DNA of 64,000 bases from Clostridium sp. (GTDB taxonomy: Bacteria > Bacillota > Clostridia > Clostridiales > Clostridiaceae): positions 26,209-90,208 of the forward strand of contig NZ_JBDNRK010000011.1 in assembly GCF_047718555.1 (NCBI RefSeq). The letters run 5' to 3'. The notes beneath the pieces are model-generated. The model did not search any database. It was given only the letters and a program-made list of their open reading frames with translations, and had not been told where the DNA came from. A program made the translations under genes and the position numbers. Positions 30,877 to 40,796 of this stretch are shown one piece after another. How positions within the stretch are numbered: the first letter of the stretch is position 1; the number at the start of each line of letters is the position of its first letter.

Positions 30877-32363
30877 TGAATTCTCCCCATTCACTTTATT
30901 CTTATAGGAAGGTACGAAAAGAAGTCGCTAATTATTAGTGTTTCATTGGAAACTGCGTTAGTTACTAGGCGTATCCCCGCTTGAAGCCGCACTCTGAGTA
31001 ATCGGTTTGTAGATTGCATGAGAGTTAAGTACCTAATGGCATTGCTTTACGCAGAAGCAATACTGGGTTAGGGGAAAAATGGAAAGTATAAACGTAGAGT
31101 TGAACCTTTGTAATCTTCGTCAAAGAAGATAAGCGTACTGCGAAGTAACAAGCTTAATATGGATAGAAAAGATTGAATCGTCCTCCAATCGTGCAGTAAC
31201 CCATATATCCATCGGAGTAGAGAAGGATGCTTACCCATTTGAATCTAATATTAGTGGAACTTGGTAAGCCCTTTGTGTTCCTCGAGAGAGGTAGGGTAAT
31301 CGTAAGAAAACTACAATACCAGAGAGCAAAGGAGTGTGGAGAAAGCGAATGCCAGTAGGACGAAAGTCCAGGGGAAAGAATAACCTGCTGGATAGGGTTT
31401 GATAACCCGCTCGAAAGAGGGCAGACTTCCACATGGTCATCAACACGAAAAAAAACGTAAAGAAGAATCTTTTTAAGGAGAAACATGTTTTGAAAACTAT
31501 TAAAAAATTTAATACGTCGGCTGTTTCTCCACATATACAGGACTGGACGCTAATTAACTGGAAGAAAGTATGTCAATATGTGAAGAAACTTCGCCAACGG
31601 ATTTTTCGTGCCGAACAGTTGGGACAGAAAAGAAAAGTAAGAAAGCTTCAAAGACTAATGATTAGAAGTAATGCTAATTTGTTAATGTCAATTAAAAGAG
31701 TTACACAAAATAACAAAGACAAACGAACTGCTGGTGTTGATGCTGAGATTATACTCACTTCAAGTGACAGATTGAGATTATATAACCTTCTCAAGGGGTA
31801 TAATATTAAATATATTATACCTAAGCCAGCAAAAAGATTATACATACCCAAGAAAAATGGTAAAATGCGTCCTTTAGGAATACCGGTCATAAAAGATAGG
31901 ATATTTCAAAATATTGTTAAAAATGCTTTGGAGCCACAATGGGAAGCGAGATTTGGACCTTCTTCATATGGATTCAGACCTAAGCGAAGCGCCCAGGATG
32001 CTATTGTCAACCTATTCACTAAGCTATCATCTAGGAGTACAAGGCAATAGATATTTGAAGGTGACTTCAAGGGATGTTTTGATAATCTCAATCATCAATA
32101 TATTATGGATAGTTTAACGGGATTCCCTGCTAAAGAAACTATATATAAATGGTTAAAAGCAGGATATGTTGATAATAACTCATTTAATAATACAGATTCT
32201 GGCACTCCTCAAGGTGGTTTATGCAAAGCTTCGCATAATCCGCCTTATGCAAAGAAAGTAATTATGCAAAGTAAACTTTGAAATATCGCATACTTACTGA
32301 CTCTCTTTTTGGTTTACTTTGCATAATCTTCGTCAATGATAATAGAGTGAAAACTCAAAATTA

Positions 32364-33618
32364 TTGAAGGAGGTATTTCTTTTGAAAAAGAAACCACTTA
32401 ATGAATTATTACAGGACTTAGAGCAGGAACTGCTACGATTAGGCTACACAGAGGGTTCTATGAAATTTTATCATAACCGCTGGGAAAAAATCATAAAATT
32501 CGCAGAAGAGCGTAATGAGACTTATTACTCAGAACAACTGGGGATAGACTTTGTTGAGAAACATTTTCAGATTTTTAAAAAGGATTTCGATAAAACCTTG
32601 TGCCAGAAAGATACTCAAGAACTTCGCATCATCAGAATGATTGGAGATTTCCAACTCCATAATACCGTTTTAAGGCGATACTATAAACACAAACAACTTT
32701 TGATTGACCCTTACTATATGAAGTATAAGTAGTAATTTCAAAAATCACTGCAAATCCAAAGATTACTCAAAGGTGACTGTTGATCACTACGTAAATCAAG
32801 CAGAGCGATTTATGGATTACTTGCTTTCGCAAGGCATATATGATTGTCGTAATATGAGTCTCTCAATTATTCATGGCTATATCAAAACATTAGCTGGATA
32901 TACTTACAAAACTGTGGAACAGAATATCTGCTCTATCCGTGCATTTTTAAGATATCTTCTGGAACAGGACATTTTAAAAACTGATTTAGCTGCAAAAACA
33001 CCAATGGTTCAAGCCCGTAAACAGACAAGAATTCCCTCTGTGTGGACAAAGGAAGAACTAAGCGCACTTATAGGTGCTATTGACCGTGGTAGTCCAAAAG
33101 GGAAAAGGGATTATGCCATTATCCTTCTAGCTTGTATGTTGGGACTTAGGGTTACTGATATCAAGAACCTGACTTTTGACTGCTTTCACTGAGAAGAAAA
33201 AAGGCTGATATTTACCCAGTCCAAGACAAGAGAAACAGTTATACTCCCAATTCGATCCGAATTGGGATGGGCTGTCATTGATTATCTGAAATATGGTAGA
33301 CCGAAGGTTGATTCATCCATCATATTTGTAAGGCATATGGCGCCATTCCTACCTTTTTCAGAAGGAGACCACTTAGCTCAACTAATACAAAATTATATGA
33401 GAACAGCGCATCTGCCTACGTTGAAAAAGCGTCGTGGTATGCACTCTCTCCGCCATACGGCTACATCGAAAATGCTTGAGCAGGGCACATCTCTAGTAGT
33501 CATTTCAGATATCCTTGGTTATACAGATACTGACTCAACATCAGTTTATTTGAAAGTGGATGTAGCTAAACTGAAGGAATGTTGCCTGGATACTGCGGAG
33601 GTAAGTGCCCATGAGTAA
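32364..33618 (+). pseudogene. RIT recombinase A (frameshift near 32720; TGA at 33190-33192)
   Basis: Three ORF pieces join into one integrase: RDYAIILLA..LGLRV.DI, HSLRHT, ISDILGY. Confidence 0.88.
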
Positions 33619-34597
33619 TTATATTTTCAAAGGACCATTTGCAGAGAATATAGAAAACCACGTAAAATTAAAACAGGCTATCGGTTATAAGTACAATACT
33701 GAAGCAGATCATCTATTACGGTTCTCTACATTTACTGCTAAAAAGTATCCTGAAGCAAAAGAGCTTACAAAGGAAATTGTTATGGACTGGTGCTCGAAAA
33801 AGAGTTATGAGGCACAGGCCAATCAGTGTTCAAGAGCTTCTATACTACGGCAGTTTGCTATATATATGGATAGCATAGATATGAATCCATACATAATTCC
33901 AAAAGGCTATTTTCAAGTTGAAGAACACTATATTCCATATATTTATACTGTAGATGAATTACAGCGTTTTTTCAATGAGACAGACAAGTGTCATTATGTC
34001 AACGAATGCCCATATCGACATTTAATTATGCCTGTATTCTTCCGAATGGTTTACTCATGCGGTCTTCGTTCTTCGGAAGCAAGACTCCTTAAAGTAGAAG
34101 ATGTAAATCTTGACACAGGGGTACTAACCATTCAGCATTCCAAGAAGGATAACTGTCGTTTTGTTCCAATGTCTGATGAATTAACAAGATGCTGCCGCGA
34201 TTACTCCAATAATGTACATATGACGTCAAAGCGAAGCGATTTCTTTTTTCCGGGATTGAATAATAAGCCTATGACTATAGTTAATGTATATCATAACTTT
34301 CGACGATTCTTATGGAAGGCTGGTATTTCCCATGGAGGTCGCGGCAAAGGACCTCGTGTTCACGACTTCCGCCATACTTTTGCATGCCACTGTCTTAAAC
34401 AATGGGTTCTCCAAGGAAAGGATCTTTCGGTTTACCTTCCAGTGTTAAAGACATATATGGGACATGATTCCTTTGAGGAAACTGCATATTATCTTAGAAT
34501 GACTGCTGATGTATTCCCGGATATATCAATTAAGTTGGAAGGAAGCTTTCCTGGTATTATTCCTAAGTTAGAAGGTGCTGACCATGAGACCAACTGA
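33611..34597 (+). CDS. RIT recombinase B (tyrosine recombinase), intact
   Basis: YSCGLRSSEA, HDFRHTFA, YMGHDSFEETAYY. Confidence 0.9.
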   Translation: MSNYIFKGPFAENIENHVKLKQAIGYKYNTEADHLLRFSTFTAKKYPEAKELTKEIVMDWCSKKSYEAQANQCSRASILRQFAIYMDSIDMNPYIIPKGYFQVEEHYIPYIYTVDELQRFFNETDKCHYVNECPYRHLIMPVFFRMVYSCGLRSSEARLLKVEDVNLDTGVLTIQHSKKDNCRFVPMSDELTRCCRDYSNNVHMTSKRSDFFFPGLNNKPMTIVNVYHNFRRFLWKAGISHGGRGKGPRVHDFRHTFACHCLKQWVLQGKDLSVYLPVLKTYMGHDSFEETAYYLRMTADVFPDISIKLEGSFPGIIPKLEGADHETN

Positions 34598-35597
34598 TTT
34601 TGCAATCCACCTTACAGGATTTCTGTCCGAATATCTTCCAAAACAAAAGAATGCAAGTAAGAATACGATAGTATCATACCGAGATACTTTCAAGCTATTG
34701 ATTAGATACTGTAATGAGCAGAGAAATATACATGTTGAAAAGCTAAATCTAAGCATGCTAACGCATGAATTGATTATAGGGTTCCTTGAATGGCTAGAAA
34801 CAGATAAAAAATGTAGAATTTCTACTAGAAATCAACGCCTTGCGGCTATACATTCCTTTTTTCGCTATGCACAGTACGAGGAACCAGAAGGAATTCTTCA
34901 TTTCCAAAAGGTAATTTCTCTGCCGATTAAAAAGGCACAAAAGTCATCGATACCCCATCTAACACCTGAAGCTATGCAAGTCTTATTATCTCAGCCAGAT
35001 AAAACTACTGCAAAAGGACGTAGAGATTTAACGCTTTTAGATATCCTTTATGATTCCGGATGTAGGGTACAGGAACTTGCTGATCTTAGGGTACGTGATG
35101 TTGTATTGAGCAATCCGGCAGCTCTTATTCTTACTGGAAAAGGAAATAAAATTCGCAGAGTTCCTCTTATGAAAAATACACTTACTTTATTGGAACACTA
35201 CATTCAGGAGAATTCCCTTAATAAACTTTGGAAAAGCGATTATCCTTTGTTTACAAACAAACAACATAACAAGCTTTCTAAAGAGGGAATTGCATATATT
35301 ATTTCTCAGCATGTACATTCAGCAAGAAGGATCTCAACGATAGTGCCCGAAAAAGTAACACCTCATATGTTTCGGCATAGCAAGGCAATGCACCTTCTTC
35401 AAGCTGGTGTCAATCTAATATATATACGATATTTCTTAGGTCATGAGGACATCAAAACCACAGAAATCTATGCCAAGTGTGATACCGAATTAAAACGTCA
35501 GGCCATTGAGAACGCATATCCTGATTTAGTTGACAGCAACTTACCTGATTGGAGTGAAGATTCAGCGTTGCTTGATTGGCTTTCCAAGTTAAAGTAG
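34584..35597 (+). CDS. RIT recombinase C (tyrosine recombinase), intact
   Basis: YDSGCRVQEL, GKGNKIRRVP, PHMFRHSKAMHLL, FLGHEDIKTTEIYA. Confidence 0.92.
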   Translation: MRPTDFAIHLTGFLSEYLPKQKNASKNTIVSYRDTFKLLIRYCNEQRNIHVEKLNLSMLTHELIIGFLEWLETDKKCRISTRNQRLAAIHSFFRYAQYEEPEGILHFQKVISLPIKKAQKSSIPHLTPEAMQVLLSQPDKTTAKGRRDLTLLDILYDSGCRVQELADLRVRDVVLSNPAALILTGKGNKIRRVPLMKNTLTLLEHYIQENSLNKLWKSDYPLFTNKQHNKLSKEGIAYIISQHVHSARRISTIVPEKVTPHMFRHSKAMHLLQAGVNLIYIRYFLGHEDIKTTEIYAKCDTELKRQAIENAYPDLVDSNLPDWSEDSALLDWLSKLK

Positions 35598-37089
35598 TCA
35601 GATATTATGCAAAGTAAATCCTACAACAATCCATCTAAATCAGTGCTTAGCTAGGTTTACTTTGCATAATCATCAACTTTGCATAAGGATAGCTTGTCTC
35701 ACCTCCGCTAGCCAATATAGCACTACATGGTATGGAAGAAGAACTGGGCATTAGATACTATCTCAATAGAGGAAGACGTTATTTAGCTAGGAATTCGGTT
35801 GGAGTAACAATCTATGCTGATGATTTTGTAGTTGTATGCAAAACAAAAGAAGAAGCCACAAATATGTATGAAAAGCTTAAACCATATCTTGATAAAAGAG
35901 GATTAAAGCTTGCAGATGATAAAACAAAAGTTACACATATTAGTGAAGGATTTGATTTTCTTGGATTTAATCTGAGACAGTGTAAAACTAATAGTAAGAT
36001 GCAACTACTAATAAAACCATCAAAGGCAAGTGTAAAAAAAGCCAGGGAAACGATATAAGAATGTTTTTACACAAATGCTAGGGAAATCAGTTGGAGACCT
36101 AATTGCAAAGCTGAACCCTATAATTAGGGGCATAGGAAACTACTGGTCAAGTCAAGTTGCAAAGAAGATATTCGAAAATCTGGATATGTATATATGGATT
36201 AATACAAGAAAGCATTTGAAACATTTACACCACAACAAGCCATTTAAATGGATTTACAGAAAGTACTTCAAAGCTGATCATACGGGCATCAGCAGAGCTA
36301 AATGGATATTGACAGACCCTCATGATAACAAAACTCAGTTATTTAAGATGAGCTGGATACCGATAGTAAGACATGCTGTAGTTAAGTATAAGAATAGTCC
36401 TGATGATGCCAATTTAAAAGAGTATTTTGAGAAAAGAGACAAAAAGGAGTTCATAAGGGATAATGTTTTGAGTAGAAGGAAAATGGCAAAACGCAGCAAT
36501 TATAAGTGTAGAGTATGTAAACAATCATTAGTTGGAGCAGAGCCTTTAAAGATTAATCAAATTGTACCTCGCATATTAGGCGGTGATGAACTTTATGATA
36601 ACTTAGAATTGTTACATCAAAGTTGTCAGAAACAACATCAATCACTACTTGTAAAATACGGTGGAGGAAGACATTTAACAGCAATAATAAAATACTCCCA
36701 TAATAATCAAGTAGAACTCAACAGCCAAGAAGGATACAGATTAATGAAAGAGACATTTAAGAAATTTAAATACCAACTTGTTTGAGATAAAAGATGGCTT
36801 GAGCCGTATGTTTTGTAAGGAACAAGTACGGTTCTTAGGCGAGAAAGAAGTAGTAATCCTTCCAACTTAGCGGGAACGTACATAGATTTATGTAAATCAA
36901 ATCTATGTACGTTCTTTTTATGTATATATAGCTGGTAATAATGGAAATAATATCATTAAAATATTGTGAGAGGAGTAGAAATATATGAAGATTTTAGTTT
37001 TACCATAGTGTTAGTATAAAAGTGTAGACACAAAGGAATAGATTTACAGAAGTGATAAAATAAAAATAAGGGAAGGAAAGTGTCTACAG

Positions 37090-37359
37090 ATGGGAAGAAC
37101 AGTTAAAAGCTATACAGAAGAATATAAGAACACAATAGTTGAATTATTTAACAATGGGAAAACGTATAAAGAACTTAACAGCGAATATGGAGTACCAAAA
37201 AGTACTATAAGACAGTGGGTAAATAAAGTAGAGAAAAGAAATGATGGAACTGAAGAAAAAGAGAATAATATAAAAGAAATACTTAAAAGAGATGCTCTTC
37301 TTCAAGAGGAGAATGAAATATTAAAAAAAGCATTGTCCATATTCGCAAAGGCAAAATAG
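37090..37359 (+). CDS. IS3 OrfA (HTH)
   Basis: YTEEYK..IVEL..GK....L..EYGV..STIRQW; A7G slippery run at 37323-37330. Confidence 0.9.
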   Translation: MGRTVKSYTEEYKNTIVELFNNGKTYKELNSEYGVPKSTIRQWVNKVEKRNDGTEEKENNIKEILKRDALLQEENEILKKALSIFAKAK

Positions 37360-38258
37360 AAGAAATATATAAGTTCATTGATATCTACAAGCAATATTAC
37401 TGCAGAAAAATAAAAAAGTACTTCAGCATAAAGATAATGTGTAAAACTCTTGGAATAAGCAGAGCTGCATACTATAAGCATATGCATAGAAAGCCATCTA
37501 AATGGGAGAAAGAAGATAAAATACTGGACAAAAGAATATATCAAGAATATAAGGATTCTAAAGGAATATACGGAGCACCAAAAATTTGCGAAAAATTGAT
37601 GAAAAAAGGTTTTAATCCAAGTCTTAAAAGAGTTCAAAGAAGAATGAAGAAGATGAATATAAAATCCATTATAATAAAGAAATGGAAAGCATACAATACC
37701 AGCAAAAAAAGAGTAGAGCAAAAAGAAAATCTAATAAAAGAAAACTTTACAGCCAGTACAATAAACGAGAAGTGGCTTACAGATATAACTTACATTTATA
37801 CACTGGAAGATGGATGGTGTTACCTAGCATCTGTATTTGACTGCTATAGTGCTAAGATAATAGGATGGTGCTTTTCAAAAAATATTGATGCTAGTATGGC
37901 TTTACAAGCTATTAAGAATGCCGTAAATAGTCAAAACCCTAATTACGAAACTCTTATAATTCATAGTGATTTAGGTTCACAATATACAAGCAGTGAGGTT
38001 GAAGGATACTTTAATGAATTAGGCATACGTCATTCTTACAGTAAAAAAGGCTATCCATATGATAATTCACCTCAAGAATCATTTCATGCTTCACTTAAGA
38101 AAGAAGAAAAATTGATGAATAAATATAAGAATTTTTATAAAGCTAAAATATGCATTTTTCAATATATTGAAGCATGGTACAACAGAAAAAGAATACATAG
38201 TAGATCAGGATTTATTACTCCACAACAATATGAAGATATTGCTAGAAAATCTGCTTAA
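37356..38258 (+). CDS. IS3 OrfB DDE transposase (in the -1 frame relative to OrfA)
   Basis: WLTDITY, HSDLGSQY, DNSPQESFHASLKKE, WYNRKRIHS. Confidence 0.92.
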   Translation: MEEIYKFIDIYKQYYCRKIKKYFSIKIMCKTLGISRAAYYKHMHRKPSKWEKEDKILDKRIYQEYKDSKGIYGAPKICEKLMKKGFNPSLKRVQRRMKKMNIKSIIIKKWKAYNTSKKRVEQKENLIKENFTASTINEKWLTDITYIYTLEDGWCYLASVFDCYSAKIIGWCFSKNIDASMALQAIKNAVNSQNPNYETLIIHSDLGSQYTSSEVEGYFNELGIRHSYSKKGYPYDNSPQESFHASLKKEEKLMNKYKNFYKAKICIFQYIEAWYNRKRIHSRSGFITPQQYEDIARKSA

Positions 38259-39753
38259 ATGTTTATAAAAAAAGTGTCTACACTATTGACATAAATCCAC
38301 CAGATATAGATTTAAATAAAGAAGTTAATAAGTGCAAAAGCATGGAAGATTTAGTTGGAAAAAACAGATTAATGCAGCGATTGTTTGGGAATATTATTCA
38401 GCAATTTTTAGAAGCTGAAATGGAAGATCAAAGTATGATAGAGATTTAAATGATGATAAAAATTATAGAAATGGTTATACACCTAAAAACGTTAAGACTA
38501 GTTTTGGTGATGTCAAAGTTGATGTACCTAGAGATCGTAGATCTGAGTTTGAACCTAAAATTGTTAAAAAATATGAGACTGTATGCAATGAACTTGATAA
38601 AAAAGTAATTGGACTCTATGCAAGAGGTATGCCTGTAGATGACATAAAGTCTGAAATTGATGAGCTTTACGGGGTAGATATTTCTCCTGCAATGATCTCT
38701 AAGATAACTGATAAAGTCATGAATACAGCTATTGCTTGGAAAAATAGGGCGTTAGAGCCCGTTTATCCTATTGTATATATGGATGCTATACATTTTAAAG
38801 TTAAAGAAGATCATCAGATTATAAATAAAGCTGCTTATATATGTATGGCTTTGGGCCTGAAAGGTTATAAAGACATCTTAGGCATATGGATTGGTGAACA
38901 AGAAAGTGCTAAGTTTTGGCTGTCAGTATGTAATGACCTCAGAAATAGAGGCGTTAAAGATATAATTATAGGATGTATGGATGGTCTTAAAGGACTACCT
39001 GATGCCATTAAGACTGTTTTCATGATATAAATATACAAAGCTGTATAATTCATCAGATAAGAAACTCTATAAAATATATTGCATCTAAAGATAGTAAAGA
39101 GTTTATGAAAGATCTTAAAAATGTTTATAAGGCTGTTAATGAAAATATAGCGGCTAACGCCCTGTAAACTCTCGAAGAGACGTGGGGAGATAAATATTCT
39201 ATAGTAATAGATTCATGGAATAATAATTGGGAAAATCTATCTACTTATTTCAATTTTCCTCCGGAAATAAGAAAAATAATATACACTACTAATGCTATTG
39301 AGGGATTCAATAGACAATTAAGAAAATTTACTAAGATAAGAACTACATTTCCTACGGATAATTCTTTGAGAAAAGCTCTTTACCTTGCTACAGAACAAAT
39401 TATGACTAAGTGGACTTCTCCATCACCTAATTGGGCTTATACTTTAGCTCAGCTAACTTTGATGTTTAAAGATAGGCTTGAGCAATATATATAAACAATA
39501 CAAATAAAAGCTTGTACTATTTTATTTATGAATAAAAATGCTATTTTTACAAATAATAATAAGAAATAAAAGCTATATAAACTCATTCTTTAGTATTATC
39601 ATATAATTTAAAAATTACTACAGGAATAATTTCCCATAGTAATTTCCAATTTAAAAGTAGCTAGTCTATTTTATTTTACACAAACTTATGAACGTTCTCA
39701 ACTTAGCCGACAATTATTGACATAGTATTTATTTTTAAACCGGTCATTTTATT

Positions 39754-39780
39754 TTCCAAGTCACTGTTACCCTTGCAAAT
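39754..39780. repeat. Palindromic island site, copy 3 (flanks B.Y)
   Basis: TTCCAA-GTCACTGTTAC-CCTTGCAAAT. Confidence 0.75.
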
Positions 39781-39823
39781 TCTGTTTTTACTATCCAATG
39801 CTATAACTTGCACTGTTAATTCC

Positions 39824-39859
39824 TTTACTATTTTTTCCCAAGTTACAGCTACCCTAGTG
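39824..39859. repeat. Palindromic island site, copy 4 (flanks A.X)
   Basis: TTTACTATTTTTTCCCAA-GTTACAGCTAC-CCTAGTG. Confidence 0.75.
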
Positions 39860-39957
39860 TTCTCAGTCTTTGAAGATTTACCATCCGCAACTAATGATTC
39901 TTCAAATTCTATTACGATTTTTTCAGCAGCTACTTCAATAGTAGTATTAGCATCCAT
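39860..39957 (-). pseudogene. N-terminal stub resembling a tyrosine-recombinase SAM-like domain, truncated at site copy 4
   Basis: IEFEESLVADGKSSKTE resembles integrase starts (F..YL..DGKS.KTI.SY); the frame then runs into the site sequence. Confidence 0.55.
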
Positions 39958-39962
39958 TGCTA

Positions 39963-40308
39963 TTACTCCAAATACTTTAGCAATTCTTTGGGTGTTAGTT
40001 CCAGTGATATCAGTAGGCTTATGCTGTAGTCACTGCTAAGAAGCATTAGGGAGTTAGTATATTTGTCACCATTGGAGCAGGTTATTACATCTACATACTC
40101 TGGTAGGTTACTTTCCATGCTTTCTAATAGCTTTCAAATCCTCACCTGTTTCTGCTATTAGAATGTATCCACCTAAATCATGTTCTGCATCTCTTTGATT
40201 TCCGTAGTTTTCATCAAGAATTGCTGCAATCTCCAATGCTTTTGCTACTACCTCCGCTGGTAGATTTTTTAGAAGCCCTTCTTCTCTTTTATTAGCTATC
40301 ATTATCAT
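39963..40308 (-). pseudogene. Hypothetical protein, frameshifted near 40110
   Basis: ..LDENYGNQRDAEHDLGGYILIAE.. continues in another frame as NLPEYVDVITCSNGDKYTNSLMLLSSDYSISLLISLELTPKELLKYLE*, ending 5 nt before the stub ATG. Confidence 0.7.
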
Positions 40309-40796
40309 GGTTATCTCCTCCTTGAATTCTATTTCTATTATTCAAGGTAATAATATATATTTGATTATTCCATGATTACAGGTACAAAAAAATAGCCTAA
40401 GATAGATTTTACTCCATCTTAGGCTTTTACCAGTTCACTGCATTATTTAGATTATGCAGTGAAGATTTTATTACTGATTTTCCGTTAGTCATTGTACTGC
40501 AATAGTTGTTACTACTGCAACCACTACAGAATAGTTTTGCAGTGAACCCAATTTTTCTACTCTAAAAATCGGCACTATCAGCACTATTGTAATCCTATTT
40601 TTTACAGTGTCAACAATGTCGGTATTTTAGGCTTAGAGAGGTGTTCCCACAACATCTTCAATTCACTTCCACTGACTACCTCTATTTTAGAGGACAGTAG
40701 GGCTAATAAGGCTGTGCCCTGATTGCCCTACAAAATACAAGTAGCCTTCATAGCAAAAATGAGCGTCAATAGCCTTTTTTCTATAGTCACTGATGC

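Larger units (their letters stand above)
32219..35692 (+). mobile_element. RIT (recombinase-in-trio) element
   Basis: Three tandem tyrosine recombinases. TTATGCAAAG motifs in inverted arrangement at both ends (32219, 32245, 32262, rc32317; 35605, rc35660, rc35677). Removal restores the RT frame. Confidence 0.9.
31433..36785 (+). pseudogene. ltrA: Group II intron reverse transcriptase/maturase with degenerate HNH, inactivated
   Basis: RPLGIP, SYGFRPKRSAQDAI, TAG at 32048 (expected W), GTPQGG ends at 32218 and resumes LVSPPLANIALHG at 35693, YADD, frameshift near 36056, C-terminal CRVC..GG..DNLELLH. Confidence 0.93.
37006..38299 (+). mobile_element. IS3-family element, apparently intact
   Basis: Imperfect 26-bp IRs sharing AGTGTAGACAC; 3-bp TSD CCA (37003-37005 and 38300-38302); removal restores the IS256 frame. 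Confidence 0.92.
36985..39494 (+). pseudogene. IS256 transposase, split by IS3 and carrying further frameshifts and stops
   Basis: MKILVLP|DIDLNKEV..; RNGY..K.VKT.FG..VPRDR..FEP; VYMDAIHFKV; IYTTNAIEGFNRQLRK. Confidence 0.9.
36872..39699 (+). mobile_element. IS256-family element (decayed) inserted in intron domain VI
   Basis: IRL GGGAACGTACATAGATTTATGTAAA and IRR rc GAGAACGTTCATAAGTTTGTGTAAA; 8-bp TSD AACTTAGC at 36864-36871 and 39700-39707. Confidence 0.92.
30912..39711 (+). mobile_element. Group II intron (CL/IIB-like IEP), about 2.5 kb native length, expanded to 8.8 kb by nested insertions
   Basis: 5' end GTACG (non-canonical for GTGYG); domain V GAGCCGTATG...GTACGGTTC near 36800-36835; domain VI split by IS256 and completed as ...CCAACTTAGCCGAC at 39711. 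Confidence 0.85.

Noticed and set aside
36874-36880. Intron 3' end at ...GGGAAC
   Set aside because: These bases are the IS256 left IR; the TSD shows the true end is at 39711.
39703-39957. The 84-aa ORF as a real gene
   Set aside because: Chimeric read-through of the integrase stub, two sites and the intron end; only the first ~32 codons look protein-like.
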